A stretch of DNA of 64,000 bases from Ignavibacteria bacterium (GTDB lineage: Bacteria > Bacteroidota > Ignavibacteria > Kapaibacteriales > Kapaibacteriaceae). Shown piece by piece: positions 28,889 through 37,072 of this stretch. Numbering within the stretch: position 1 is the stretch's first letter; every line of letters starts with the position of its first letter. A model generated the notes under the pieces. It was not told where the DNA came from, ran no database searches, and saw only the letters and a program-made list of their open reading frames with translations. Position numbers and translations under genes: made by a program. The DNA is taken from positions 3,359-67,358 of the forward strand of contig JBKCLO010000193.1 of NCBI GenBank assembly GCA_046300675.1, read 5' to 3'.

Positions 28889-31800
28889 ATGGAGAATACC
28901 ATGCGTCGAATCCATACTCTTATACTCACATTGTTCACGATGGTGTTGATTGCATCAGCACAAAACCCATCGTCAGTCACGCTGCGATTCCCCAACGGCG
29001 GCGAGACGTTCCGTCCAGGCTCGACACAGGAGCTGCGCTGGGACACAGCAGGTACGTTCCGTGCCCGATGGAGGTTCCTGTTCGCGACATCTATGACGGG
29101 TCCGTGGACGGCGCTTACGGGTCCATCAAACGTTCTTGATTCCGGTGCCACGCGTGGTCAGTCCGTACCAACATCAGGTGGATGGCGCGTACCAAACGTT
29201 CCTACATCAAGTGGCTATATCAAGATGGAGTTGATCGCAGACCCAACGGTGTTTGACATCAACGACAATCCGTTTACAATTGCCACACCAGAGACAATTG
29301 TTCCAGACTCGATCATCACCGGTGAAATCACTCGGAACATCCACCTGCGAGCAACCAAGATCTATGGACTACAAGGCTATGTATATGTTAATGCAGGTGC
29401 AACGCTTACCATAGACCCGGGAACAATCATTGTTGGCGATGTGCCAGGAAACAATTCCGCTCTGGTTATCAACCGTGGTGCCAAGATTGTTGCTCAGGGA
29501 ACTGCTGAAAATCCTATCGTCTTCACATCACGTGCAGCAGCCGGACAGCGCGCCCGCGGCGACTGGGGTGGCATATTGATCTGCGGTAAGGCTCGCGTAA
29601 ATCAGCCAGCAGGTCAAGCAGCTCTCGAAGGGGGCGTTGCAGATCTTACAGCCGGAGGTAAGGGTTGGTATGGTGGCACTGACGACGACGACAACAGTGG
29701 CATTCTGAAGTATGTACGCATCGAGTTCGCCGGTATCGCAACACAACCAAACTCGGAGCTTAACTCGCTCACGATGGGTGGTGTTGGCCGCGGTACAACG
29801 ATCGAGAATGTACAAGTATCGTATGGTAACGATGATGGTTTCGAGTGGTTTGGCGGCACTGTTAATGGCCGTTATCTGATTTCTTACGGCATTCTTGACG
29901 ATGACTTTGATTGCGACAACGGTTTCTCTGGTCGCGTGCAATTCGGTCTTGTTAAGCGCTTCCGCACTGTTGCCGACGTGTCCACATCGCAGGCATTTGA
30001 AATCGACAACGATGCGTCGGGTTCATTCAATGCACCACGCACACAGCCGCTCTTCTCAAACTTCACGGTTGTAGGTCCGCTGCAAGACACATCCTGGACA
30101 CCAGGTTCTGGTACAAATCAATACAGCTCCCGTTACGGTGCTGCAGCTCAAATCCGACGTGCATCGCGTGCAAGCATCGTTAACACGGTGTTTGTTGGGT
30201 GGCCTCGTGGATTCGAAATCGCGCAGGCACCAACAATGGTTGCTGCCAACAACGACTCATTGCTTGTTCGCAGCAACAGCTGGTATGGCATCAAGGGGGC
30301 AGCGCTCACTCTTGCTAGCGGAACACCGCCAGCAGGAATGGATGCCAACTGGCTAGCTAAGGCTGGCTTTAACAACGAAGTTGATAAGGGTAATCCCAAC
30401 GCTGCATTCCTTGTAAATGCATGGGTAACAGATGGCTCATTCAATGCACGTCCGCTGGTTGTTGCACCATACCTGAGCACAGCAAGCTTTGCCAATGGCT
30501 CGGCTACTGTAAGCCTTGCAGACCCATACCTCCAGCAGGTATCCTATCGTGGTGCATTCCCAGCAGATGGTCCAGCATGGGATGCTCAGTGGGCAGAATA
30601 CGATCCAATCAACAAGGAGTATCGTGCACAGCCACTTGTTCGTCTGACCTCGCCAGGATCGAAGACTGGTGAAAAGTTCATACAAGGCGAAAAGATCACC
30701 ATCTCTTGGGATACATCAGGTGCAGCCGGCAACAGCTACCGCTTCCAGTTCGGTGCATCTGCTGATGGTCCTTGGCAGGACATTCCTACTGCCTCGAATG
30801 TACTAGACGCCGGTGCAGGCCGCGGCACACTTGCCGGTGGCTTCACAGCACCAAACGTTGTAACGAAGACAGGCTACGTGCGTATGTCGCTTGTAAACGA
30901 CCCTGCAACCTTCGACATTTCCGACAACCCGATCGAGATCGCAGCCCCAGTGCCGAAAGATCCTGCAGTTAAGCTTCTCGAGCCGGGTACAAACAATAAG
31001 GCATTCCGTGTTGGACAGTCGGTAGACATCTCATGGGACACGACAAACACATTCCGCCAGCGTTGGCGCTTTGAGTTCGGTAAGAGTGCAAATGGACCAT
31101 GGTCCACCATGCCAGGCCTTGGGAACGTTCTTGACAGTGCAACCCGCCGTGGCCGCATCGCAGGTGCCGTTGTATTCCGTCCAGCAGACTTGACGCAAAC
31201 AGGCTATATCCGTATGGTGCTGCTGAGCGACACAACCAAAACAGACGTTAACGACAATCCATTCACGATCTCTGCTCCGGCTCCAATTGTTGTGGACTCG
31301 ATCCTTGAAGGTGAGATCACTAAGAATGTCAAGCTTAGCAACACAAAGATCTATGGTCTCAAGGGCTACGTCTACGTTAACGATGGAGCAACGCTCGAAG
31401 TTGAAAAGGGAACGATCGTTGTGGGCGACGAGCCAGGCAACAACTCAGCTCTCGTTATCAACCGTGGTGGCAAGATCATCGCAAACGGCACAGCAAAGGA
31501 CCCAATCATCTTTACGAGCCGTGCAGTTCCTGGACAGCGTGCTCGTGGCGACTGGGGTGGCATTTTGATCTGCGGCAAAGCCCGAATCAATCAGCCAGCT
31601 GGGCAAGCCGCTCTTGAAGGAGGCGTGGCAGATCAAACACCAGGTGGCAAGGGATGGTATGGCGGCACAGACAACGAGGACAACAGCGGTATTCTCAAGT
31701 ACGTGCGTATCGAATTCGCCGGTATAGCAACACAGCCAAACTCAGAGCTAAACTCTCTTACAATGGGTGGTGTTGGCCGCGGCACAACAATTGAAAATGT

Positions 31801-32896
31801 CCAGGTGTCTTACGGTAACGACGACGGCTTTGAATGGTTCGGTGGCACAGTGAATGCCAAGTACCTGATCTCGACAGGAATCCTTGATGATGACTTTGAT
31901 ACCGATAACGGCTTTAGCGGTAAGGTGCAGTTTGCCGTAGCGCAGCGCTTCCGCACAGTAGCCGATGTGTCGACATCGCAGGTCTTTGAGTCGGACAACG
32001 ACGCACAATCATCATACAACCAGCCACTAACTTCGGCTGTATTCTCGAACGTCACAGGTATCGGTCCTGTCCAGGACACAAGCTGGACTCCAGGCTCGGG
32101 AGCAAATCAGTACAGCTCACGCTTTGGTGCTGCAGCACAGATTCGCCGAAACTCACGTCAGTCAATTCATAACTCCGTGTTTATTGGATGGCCACGTGGC
32201 TTCGAGTTTGCTCAGGTGCAGACATTGAATGCAGCCATGGCAGATAGCATCGAGATTCGTAACAACGCATGGTATGGTGTTAAGGGCGCTGTAATGACAC
32301 TTGCCGGAGGAACACCTCCTGCGGGCATGGACGTTAACTGGATTGCAAAGCCGGCATACGGCAATGTGGTTGACAAGTCGTCGCCAAACCCTGCGATGAT
32401 CGAAAACGCCTTTGCAACAAATGCTGAATTCAACCCAGCGATCAAGGACATGTCTCCGCTTGCTACTGGTGCTGCATTCGCAGGTAAGTCAGAAGACTCG
32501 TTCTTCGAGCGCGTTGCTTTCCGTGGCGCGTTTGGCCTACAGCGTTGGGACGCAGAATGGTCGGAGTATGACCCTGTCAACAAGGAATACAAAGCCAAGT
32601 CTCCTGTGAGCGTCGATGAAGAGACAGTTGTAGAAGGCGTTGTTGCCTCTGCATATCCTAACCCTTCATTTACAGCATCCACAGTACGCTATGTTCTGGG
32701 TCAGGACGACGTCGTAAGCGTCCGCCTTGCAACTGCAACCGGAGAAGTTGTCTCCGCATTCTTTACCAATCAAGCACAGCGTGCCGGTACATACGAGTTT
32801 GACCTCGTTACCGCAGACCTTGCTTCTGGTATCTACTATCTGACGATCACAGGCGTTCGCGGCACGGTAATCCTCCCAATATCCGTGGCGCACTAA
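28889..32896 (+). CDS. 1335-aa T9SS-sorted surface protein of unknown function, architecture S1-B1-S2-S3-B2-CTD (internally duplicated)
   Basis: Signal peptide MENTMRRIHTLILTLFTMVLIASAQ from ATG 28889 (or ATG 28901). Three small domains of about 104 aa and two large modules of about 445 aa. The large modules share motifs RGDWGGILICGKAR, NSGILKYVRIEFAG, ELNSLTMGGVGRGTTIENV, GNDDGFEWFGGTVN and LDDDFDxDNGFSG. Canonical Por tail YPNPSFTASTVRYVL...GIYYLTITGVRGTVILPISVAH. Confidence 0.8.
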   Translation: MENTMRRIHTLILTLFTMVLIASAQNPSSVTLRFPNGGETFRPGSTQELRWDTAGTFRARWRFLFATSMTGPWTALTGPSNVLDSGATRGQSVPTSGGWRVPNVPTSSGYIKMELIADPTVFDINDNPFTIATPETIVPDSIITGEITRNIHLRATKIYGLQGYVYVNAGATLTIDPGTIIVGDVPGNNSALVINRGAKIVAQGTAENPIVFTSRAAAGQRARGDWGGILICGKARVNQPAGQAALEGGVADLTAGGKGWYGGTDDDDNSGILKYVRIEFAGIATQPNSELNSLTMGGVGRGTTIENVQVSYGNDDGFEWFGGTVNGRYLISYGILDDDFDCDNGFSGRVQFGLVKRFRTVADVSTSQAFEIDNDASGSFNAPRTQPLFSNFTVVGPLQDTSWTPGSGTNQYSSRYGAAAQIRRASRASIVNTVFVGWPRGFEIAQAPTMVAANNDSLLVRSNSWYGIKGAALTLASGTPPAGMDANWLAKAGFNNEVDKGNPNAAFLVNAWVTDGSFNARPLVVAPYLSTASFANGSATVSLADPYLQQVSYRGAFPADGPAWDAQWAEYDPINKEYRAQPLVRLTSPGSKTGEKFIQGEKITISWDTSGAAGNSYRFQFGASADGPWQDIPTASNVLDAGAGRGTLAGGFTAPNVVTKTGYVRMSLVNDPATFDISDNPIEIAAPVPKDPAVKLLEPGTNNKAFRVGQSVDISWDTTNTFRQRWRFEFGKSANGPWSTMPGLGNVLDSATRRGRIAGAVVFRPADLTQTGYIRMVLLSDTTKTDVNDNPFTISAPAPIVVDSILEGEITKNVKLSNTKIYGLKGYVYVNDGATLEVEKGTIVVGDEPGNNSALVINRGGKIIANGTAKDPIIFTSRAVPGQRARGDWGGILICGKARINQPAGQAALEGGVADQTPGGKGWYGGTDNEDNSGILKYVRIEFAGIATQPNSELNSLTMGGVGRGTTIENVQVSYGNDDGFEWFGGTVNAKYLISTGILDDDFDTDNGFSGKVQFAVAQRFRTVADVSTSQVFESDNDAQSSYNQPLTSAVFSNVTGIGPVQDTSWTPGSGANQYSSRFGAAAQIRRNSRQSIHNSVFIGWPRGFEFAQVQTLNAAMADSIEIRNNAWYGVKGAVMTLAGGTPPAGMDVNWIAKPAYGNVVDKSSPNPAMIENAFATNAEFNPAIKDMSPLATGAAFAGKSEDSFFERVAFRGAFGLQRWDAEWSEYDPVNKEYKAKSPVSVDEETVVEGVVASAYPNPSFTASTVRYVLGQDDVVSVRLATATGEVVSAFFTNQAQRAGTYEFDLVTADLASGIYYLTITGVRGTVILPISVAH
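29288..30634 (+). repeat. large paralogous module B1 (copy 1 of 2) inside the 1335-aa gene
   Basis: Aligns colinearly with 31277-32599 at a constant offset of 1989 nt (663 codons). For example, DSIITGEITRNI corresponds to DSILEGEITKNV. Confidence 0.85.
31277..32599 (+). repeat. large paralogous module B2 (copy 2 of 2)
   Basis: See copy 1. The core (aa 894-1008 versus 231-345) is nearly identical in protein, but about 80% identical in DNA in the 170-nt stretch I aligned by hand. Confidence 0.85.
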
Positions 32897-32922
32897 GAAC
32901 ACCGATCGTGAACCGAACACCT

Positions 32923-32957
32923 CAGCGGCCACCCATTCGGGTGGCCGCTGTTGCTTT
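32923..32957. terminator. rho-independent terminator hairpin between convergent genes
   Basis: Perfect 12-bp stem cagcggccaccc / gggtggccgctg with loop attc. It is followed on the plus strand by ttgcttt, and sits 27 nt after the TAA at 32894-32896. Confidence 0.65.
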
Positions 32958-32960
32958 AGA

Positions 32961-33071
32961 CTACTCTTTTGGACTGCGGCCAGTTAGGCGCCGTACAAGC
33001 CCCATAAAAAACGGCGATAGCAGGATAAATCCCACCACGATGATTGCGGCAATCATGAGAATTCTACGCAT
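32961..33071 (-). CDS. possible 36-aa single-TM small protein
   Basis: ATG 33071 gives MRRILMIAAIIVVGFILLSPFFMGLVRRLTGRSPKE, a basic-hydrophobic-basic layout. No convincing RBS. The longer 87-aa track ORF would overlap ppx. Confidence 0.25.
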   Translation of the reverse strand: MRRILMIAAIIVVGFILLSPFFMGLVRRLTGRSPKE

Positions 33072-33091
33072 GTGGTGGTAAGATACACATG

Positions 33092-33099
33092 TATCTTTG
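33092..33099 (+). promoter_or_regulatory. putative -7 promoter element TATCTTTG upstream of ppx/gppA
   Basis: Exact TAnnTTTG match ending 11 nt before ATG 33111. Confidence 0.3.
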
Positions 33100-33110
33100 A
33101 CACACGAACG

Positions 33111-34667
33111 ATGAGCAACCAGACTACCAATACCTCTGACCGGATAGCCGCGATCGACGTAGGCACGAACTCCTTTCACATGGTTATCGCCAGTGTGAGC
33201 GAACATGGAGTGATGCAGATACACGCACGCGACAAAGACATGGTGCGTCTAGGTTCATCGGCAACCGACATGAAGCGTCTTACCGACGAAGCCATTGAAC
33301 GGGGCGTGCAGACTCTTGCACGGTTTGCTGAAGATGCCCGCAGGCATGATGCGTCGATCAGGGCCATTGCAACCAGTGCTGTGCGTGAGGCGCTCAACAA
33401 AGAGGAGTTTGTTCGCAGAGCATACGAGGTTGCAGGAATACACGTTGATGTGATTCCAGGTGTCGAAGAGGGCCGGTTGATCTATGTTGGTGTCATTCAT
33501 GCCTTGCCACTTCGTAATGACCGAATTTTTGTGATCGATATCGGTGGTGGTTCTACAGAGACCATTATTGGGCAGGCCGGTGAGCCCCTTGCCATAGACT
33601 CTGCAAAACTTGGTCACCTGCGGCTGACAAAAAGATTCTTCGGCACGCCGACTATCACTGATGAACAGATCGTGCAGTGCAGAGAGCTCATTCGTGGCGA
33701 GTGGGCAACGGTGTTCCAATCACATAGGCAGTTAGGATTCGATCACGCAGTTGGCTGCTCGGGGACCATTACGGCAATTGCATCGATGGTTGCGGCCCGT
33801 CGCGGACGTATTCCTGAAGGATTCAACGGCTATGTAATGAGCCGACACGAGATACTGGCCGTGATTGAAGCCGTGCTTGACGCGCGAACGATTGCCCAAC
33901 GCTTGCTCATACCAGGGATGGATCCCAAGCGAGCCGACGTGATAGTTGCCGGTGCGCTGATCGTGGAACAAGCTGTTCGTGGACTAGACATCCAGGAGAT
34001 AACAGTCTCGGGATATGCATTGCGTGAGGGCATCGTTTTTGATACGGTGCAGCAGCAGCGAGAGATGGGACTACGGCATCATCTTACACCGTTGCGCTAT
34101 CAGAGTGTGCAGCACGTATGCGACCTCTACCGCGTACGCAGGCGTCACGCTGAACATGTTAAGACACTCAGCGTGCAGTTGTTTGACCAACTTATCCCTC
34201 TGCACGGCATGGGGGATCGCGAGCGCGAGCTGCTTGAAGCAGCAGCACTGCTTCATGATGTAGGCTACCATATTTCTGCAGATCAGCATCATAAGCACAG
34301 CGAGTACATCATTCGAAATTCGGCTATGCCCGGCTTTACCAGCGACGAGACCGAACTAATAGCATCCATTGCCAGATATCACAGAAAAAGTCACCCTAAA
34401 AAGAAGCATGCCGCCTTTGTGATGATGTCGGAAGAAGAACAGCGTATCGTACTTGTGCTATCGTCAATACTGCGCATTGCTGAAGGTTTGGACCGACGTC
34501 AGCAATCAGTAGTGCGCGAACTCATGGTCACACTAGACCAGTCGGAGATTTTGATTGGACTCAAGACCTCTGCTGTCGTTCCCGATATTGAGTTATGGGG
34601 TGCCGAACGGCGAAAGGAACTGCTCGAGGAAACATTTGGACGCAAACTGCGGTTGTTCCTCTGCTAG
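33111..34667 (+). CDS. ppx: Ppx/GppA-family phosphatase (exopolyphosphatase / pppGpp phosphohydrolase) with C-terminal HD domain
   Basis: ASKHA motifs IAAIDVGTNSFHMVIA and VIDIGGGSTE. HD region AALLHDVGYHISADQHHKHSEYII. Start at ATG 33111 (MSNQTTN...). Confidence 0.85.
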   Translation: MSNQTTNTSDRIAAIDVGTNSFHMVIASVSEHGVMQIHARDKDMVRLGSSATDMKRLTDEAIERGVQTLARFAEDARRHDASIRAIATSAVREALNKEEFVRRAYEVAGIHVDVIPGVEEGRLIYVGVIHALPLRNDRIFVIDIGGGSTETIIGQAGEPLAIDSAKLGHLRLTKRFFGTPTITDEQIVQCRELIRGEWATVFQSHRQLGFDHAVGCSGTITAIASMVAARRGRIPEGFNGYVMSRHEILAVIEAVLDARTIAQRLLIPGMDPKRADVIVAGALIVEQAVRGLDIQEITVSGYALREGIVFDTVQQQREMGLRHHLTPLRYQSVQHVCDLYRVRRRHAEHVKTLSVQLFDQLIPLHGMGDRERELLEAAALLHDVGYHISADQHHKHSEYIIRNSAMPGFTSDETELIASIARYHRKSHPKKKHAAFVMMSEEEQRIVLVLSSILRIAEGLDRRQQSVVRELMVTLDQSEILIGLKTSAVVPDIELWGAERRKELLEETFGRKLRLFLC

Positions 34668-34739
34668 TAAACGAAAGCAATAGACCGAATTTTTCTTCGT
34701 CAGATACTGGCACAGTTTGTTCTACAGGAGTTGTACTAC

Positions 34740-36302
34740 ATGTCTCGAAGATCTCTTTTCACAGCGATCTCCCTGATCGGCATCGGGGTAGTCGTAGGGG
34801 TCATCCTGATGACCTCGATCTCATCAAATGCTCTCGAGCAGCTCTTTGCGAGCGACGTAACGCTTGGCGCCGGCAATCCGCCGGCACCTGCGCCGCCAGC
34901 GGTAAAGTTGCTTAACGATCAGTTTGCCAACGTTGCGACAGCAGTAACGCAATCGGTAGTCTCGATCTCCGTGAAGATCGATCAAAAGAAGTCAAACCCA
35001 GCACTTGAAGGCATGGAGGAGTTCTTCCGTCGCTTTGGGCCGTTCATGTCTCCGGACGGCAACGGACAAGACGAGCAGATGCCCGAGCGTGATGCAAGTG
35101 GTTCGGGGGTAATCCTGTCTGCCGATGGATACGTGGTTACGAACAATCACGTTGTTGAGTCGGCAAAGGAAGGTGGGATAACAGTAACCACAACCGACAA
35201 CAAGGAATACAAGGCACGGTTAGTCGGGCGCGACCCATTAACAGACTTGGCCGTACTCAAGATCGACGGACGGTTTGCTCCGGCCCACCTGGCCCAGCGC
35301 TCGGACGTACGCATAGGCGAATGGGTGGTAGCCGTTGGAAGCCCCTTAGGACTGCAGTCAACAGTAACAACGGGTATCATTTCTGCTCTTGGACGCGGCA
35401 TTGGAATCGTAGGCACCAATGAGCTTACCAACGAACGTAATCGATATGCGATCGAGAACTTCATTCAAACAGATGCTGCCATTAACCCCGGGAATTCCGG
35501 AGGGGGCTTGTTCAACCTTAACGGTAGCCTCATTGGTATCAATACGGCAATAGCTTCCCGTTCGGGCGTCAACGCTGGTTATGGATTTGCGATTCCCGTT
35601 GATATGATGCGCAGTGTGGTTCTTGATATCATCGATGACGGCAAAATCGAGCGCGGATATATTGGCGTCGAGATCACAAGTGTTGATGAAGCATCCGCCA
35701 AGGCTGTAGGACTGCCCAAGGTTGCCGGTGTTAACGTGAACAAAGTGGTCAAAGGTGGTGCTGCAGAGGCTGCTGGGATTGAAGCCGGCGATGTGATTCT
35801 TGATGTAGATGGAAGAGCCGTAAAGAGTTCAAATGAGCTGCAGAGCGAGATCGTTCTTCGTAGGGCCGGCGACAAGGTAAACCTGAAGATTTGGCGAGAT
35901 GGGCGCGAGATAACGAAGACAGTGCGCCTGAAAGCACCAAACGAAGCGGACGTAGCTGCAAACGATGCACGCTCCGGAGATGAAGATGCATTCGACTCTA
36001 ACGAACCGGTGTCGTTTAAGGACCTTGGATTTTCTGTCACGCCCCTTTCAAGTGATCAAAAGTCATCCTTTGGTGTAAACCAAGGCGTGTTTGTTGCCAA
36101 GGTTGAACGTTCTGGACGCATGGCATTTCGTGGACTGCGGTCGAACACCGTAATCCTGAAAGCAGATGGGAAAGAGATTACATCACCTTCGCAACTTCGC
36201 AAGATCATCTCGGCAAAGAGTCCGGGCGATGGTGTAATGTTTGTTGTCAAAAACGGCGACGGTTCAAAGCAGGCCATATCCGTACAGATGCCCGAATCGT
36301 GA
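34740..36302 (+). CDS. htrA: Do/DegP/HtrA-family periplasmic serine protease with two PDZ domains
   Basis: Catalytic triad contexts VVTNNHVV, DLAVLKI and GNSGGGLFNLNGSLIGINTA. Two PDZ-like segments. AGGAG at 34726-34730 sits 9 nt upstream of ATG 34740, so I prefer this start over the TTG at 34731. Confidence 0.9.
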   Translation: MSRRSLFTAISLIGIGVVVGVILMTSISSNALEQLFASDVTLGAGNPPAPAPPAVKLLNDQFANVATAVTQSVVSISVKIDQKKSNPALEGMEEFFRRFGPFMSPDGNGQDEQMPERDASGSGVILSADGYVVTNNHVVESAKEGGITVTTTDNKEYKARLVGRDPLTDLAVLKIDGRFAPAHLAQRSDVRIGEWVVAVGSPLGLQSTVTTGIISALGRGIGIVGTNELTNERNRYAIENFIQTDAAINPGNSGGGLFNLNGSLIGINTAIASRSGVNAGYGFAIPVDMMRSVVLDIIDDGKIERGYIGVEITSVDEASAKAVGLPKVAGVNVNKVVKGGAAEAAGIEAGDVILDVDGRAVKSSNELQSEIVLRRAGDKVNLKIWRDGREITKTVRLKAPNEADVAANDARSGDEDAFDSNEPVSFKDLGFSVTPLSSDQKSSFGVNQGVFVAKVERSGRMAFRGLRSNTVILKADGKEITSPSQLRKIISAKSPGDGVMFVVKNGDGSKQAISVQMPES

Positions 36303-36322
36303 TTCGGCCGTAACTTCGGTGC

Positions 36323-37066
36323 ATGAACACCACTACGAAATTTCTCAGCGTCGTTATCATCCTGGTGGTAACGACGCTTTCTTCTTATGGTCAGTCCATG
36401 TTCTTTGGACCGATGTTCACAACAACTATGAGTACGGCTGTCTCTACAGATGTGGCAACGTATGGAACGCCAACCCGCTATTCGGCAGGTGTGCAGTTTG
36501 CCCGCAGAACAGCGAGTGCGGCAGAATACATGTTTACGCTGCACCATCGAATTGAGAACGGTGGCTACGTTACCGAATTCTCAAAACCATCCGGTGGCGT
36601 AGTGGGAAAACTCAATGTTGTTGACGTGCCAGGTGGGGCGCCGGTTATCATCACTACACTCGAATCCACCTCCATAGAGGCAGGCGCAGGGATACGTTTC
36701 CCGGTGCTCGATCTTGATACGATAGGAACGCGCATGCTGTTCCAGTTTGGCATCAATGTCGATCGTATACTGTCGCTGACACAGGTGGCGGATTATTCAC
36801 GGATCCCCGAAGCAGACAGAGGTAGCAATCCGCTGCAGTCCACGGTTATGTTTGATGGGCAAACAGGGTTTGGTGGACACTTCGGCGTGGCTCTGTCTGC
36901 GCCGGCAGGGGACGGACGGTTTGTTATCGAACTCACGTATAACGTGCGTCAGCCCGTAACGATCGCCTTCCCTGCGGGAATCGTCAGTGGTGCTTCAGAA
37001 CAGAACATCGGATGGCTCGTGGGCAGAGGTTTGCGCCTTGGTGCATCGTATCAGTTCAAGATGTAG
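36323..37066 (+). CDS. hypothetical secreted protein, probable small outer-membrane beta-barrel
   Basis: Signal peptide MNTTTKFLSVVIILVVTTLSSYGQS. Alternating hydrophobic pattern. Ends ...LRLGASYQFKM. No family recognised. Confidence 0.45.
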   Translation: MNTTTKFLSVVIILVVTTLSSYGQSMFFGPMFTTTMSTAVSTDVATYGTPTRYSAGVQFARRTASAAEYMFTLHHRIENGGYVTEFSKPSGGVVGKLNVVDVPGGAPVIITTLESTSIEAGAGIRFPVLDLDTIGTRMLFQFGINVDRILSLTQVADYSRIPEADRGSNPLQSTVMFDGQTGFGGHFGVALSAPAGDGRFVIELTYNVRQPVTIAFPAGIVSGASEQNIGWLVGRGLRLGASYQFKM

Positions 37067-37072
37067 GGGCTT

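Noticed and set aside
29288-32599. Possibility that the two large repeats are a DGR template/variable pair or a recent assembly duplication.
   Set aside because: No reverse transcriptase is nearby. The differences involve all base types rather than adenine-specific changes. They are spread along about 1.3 kb and are mostly synonymous, so this is an old in-frame duplication.
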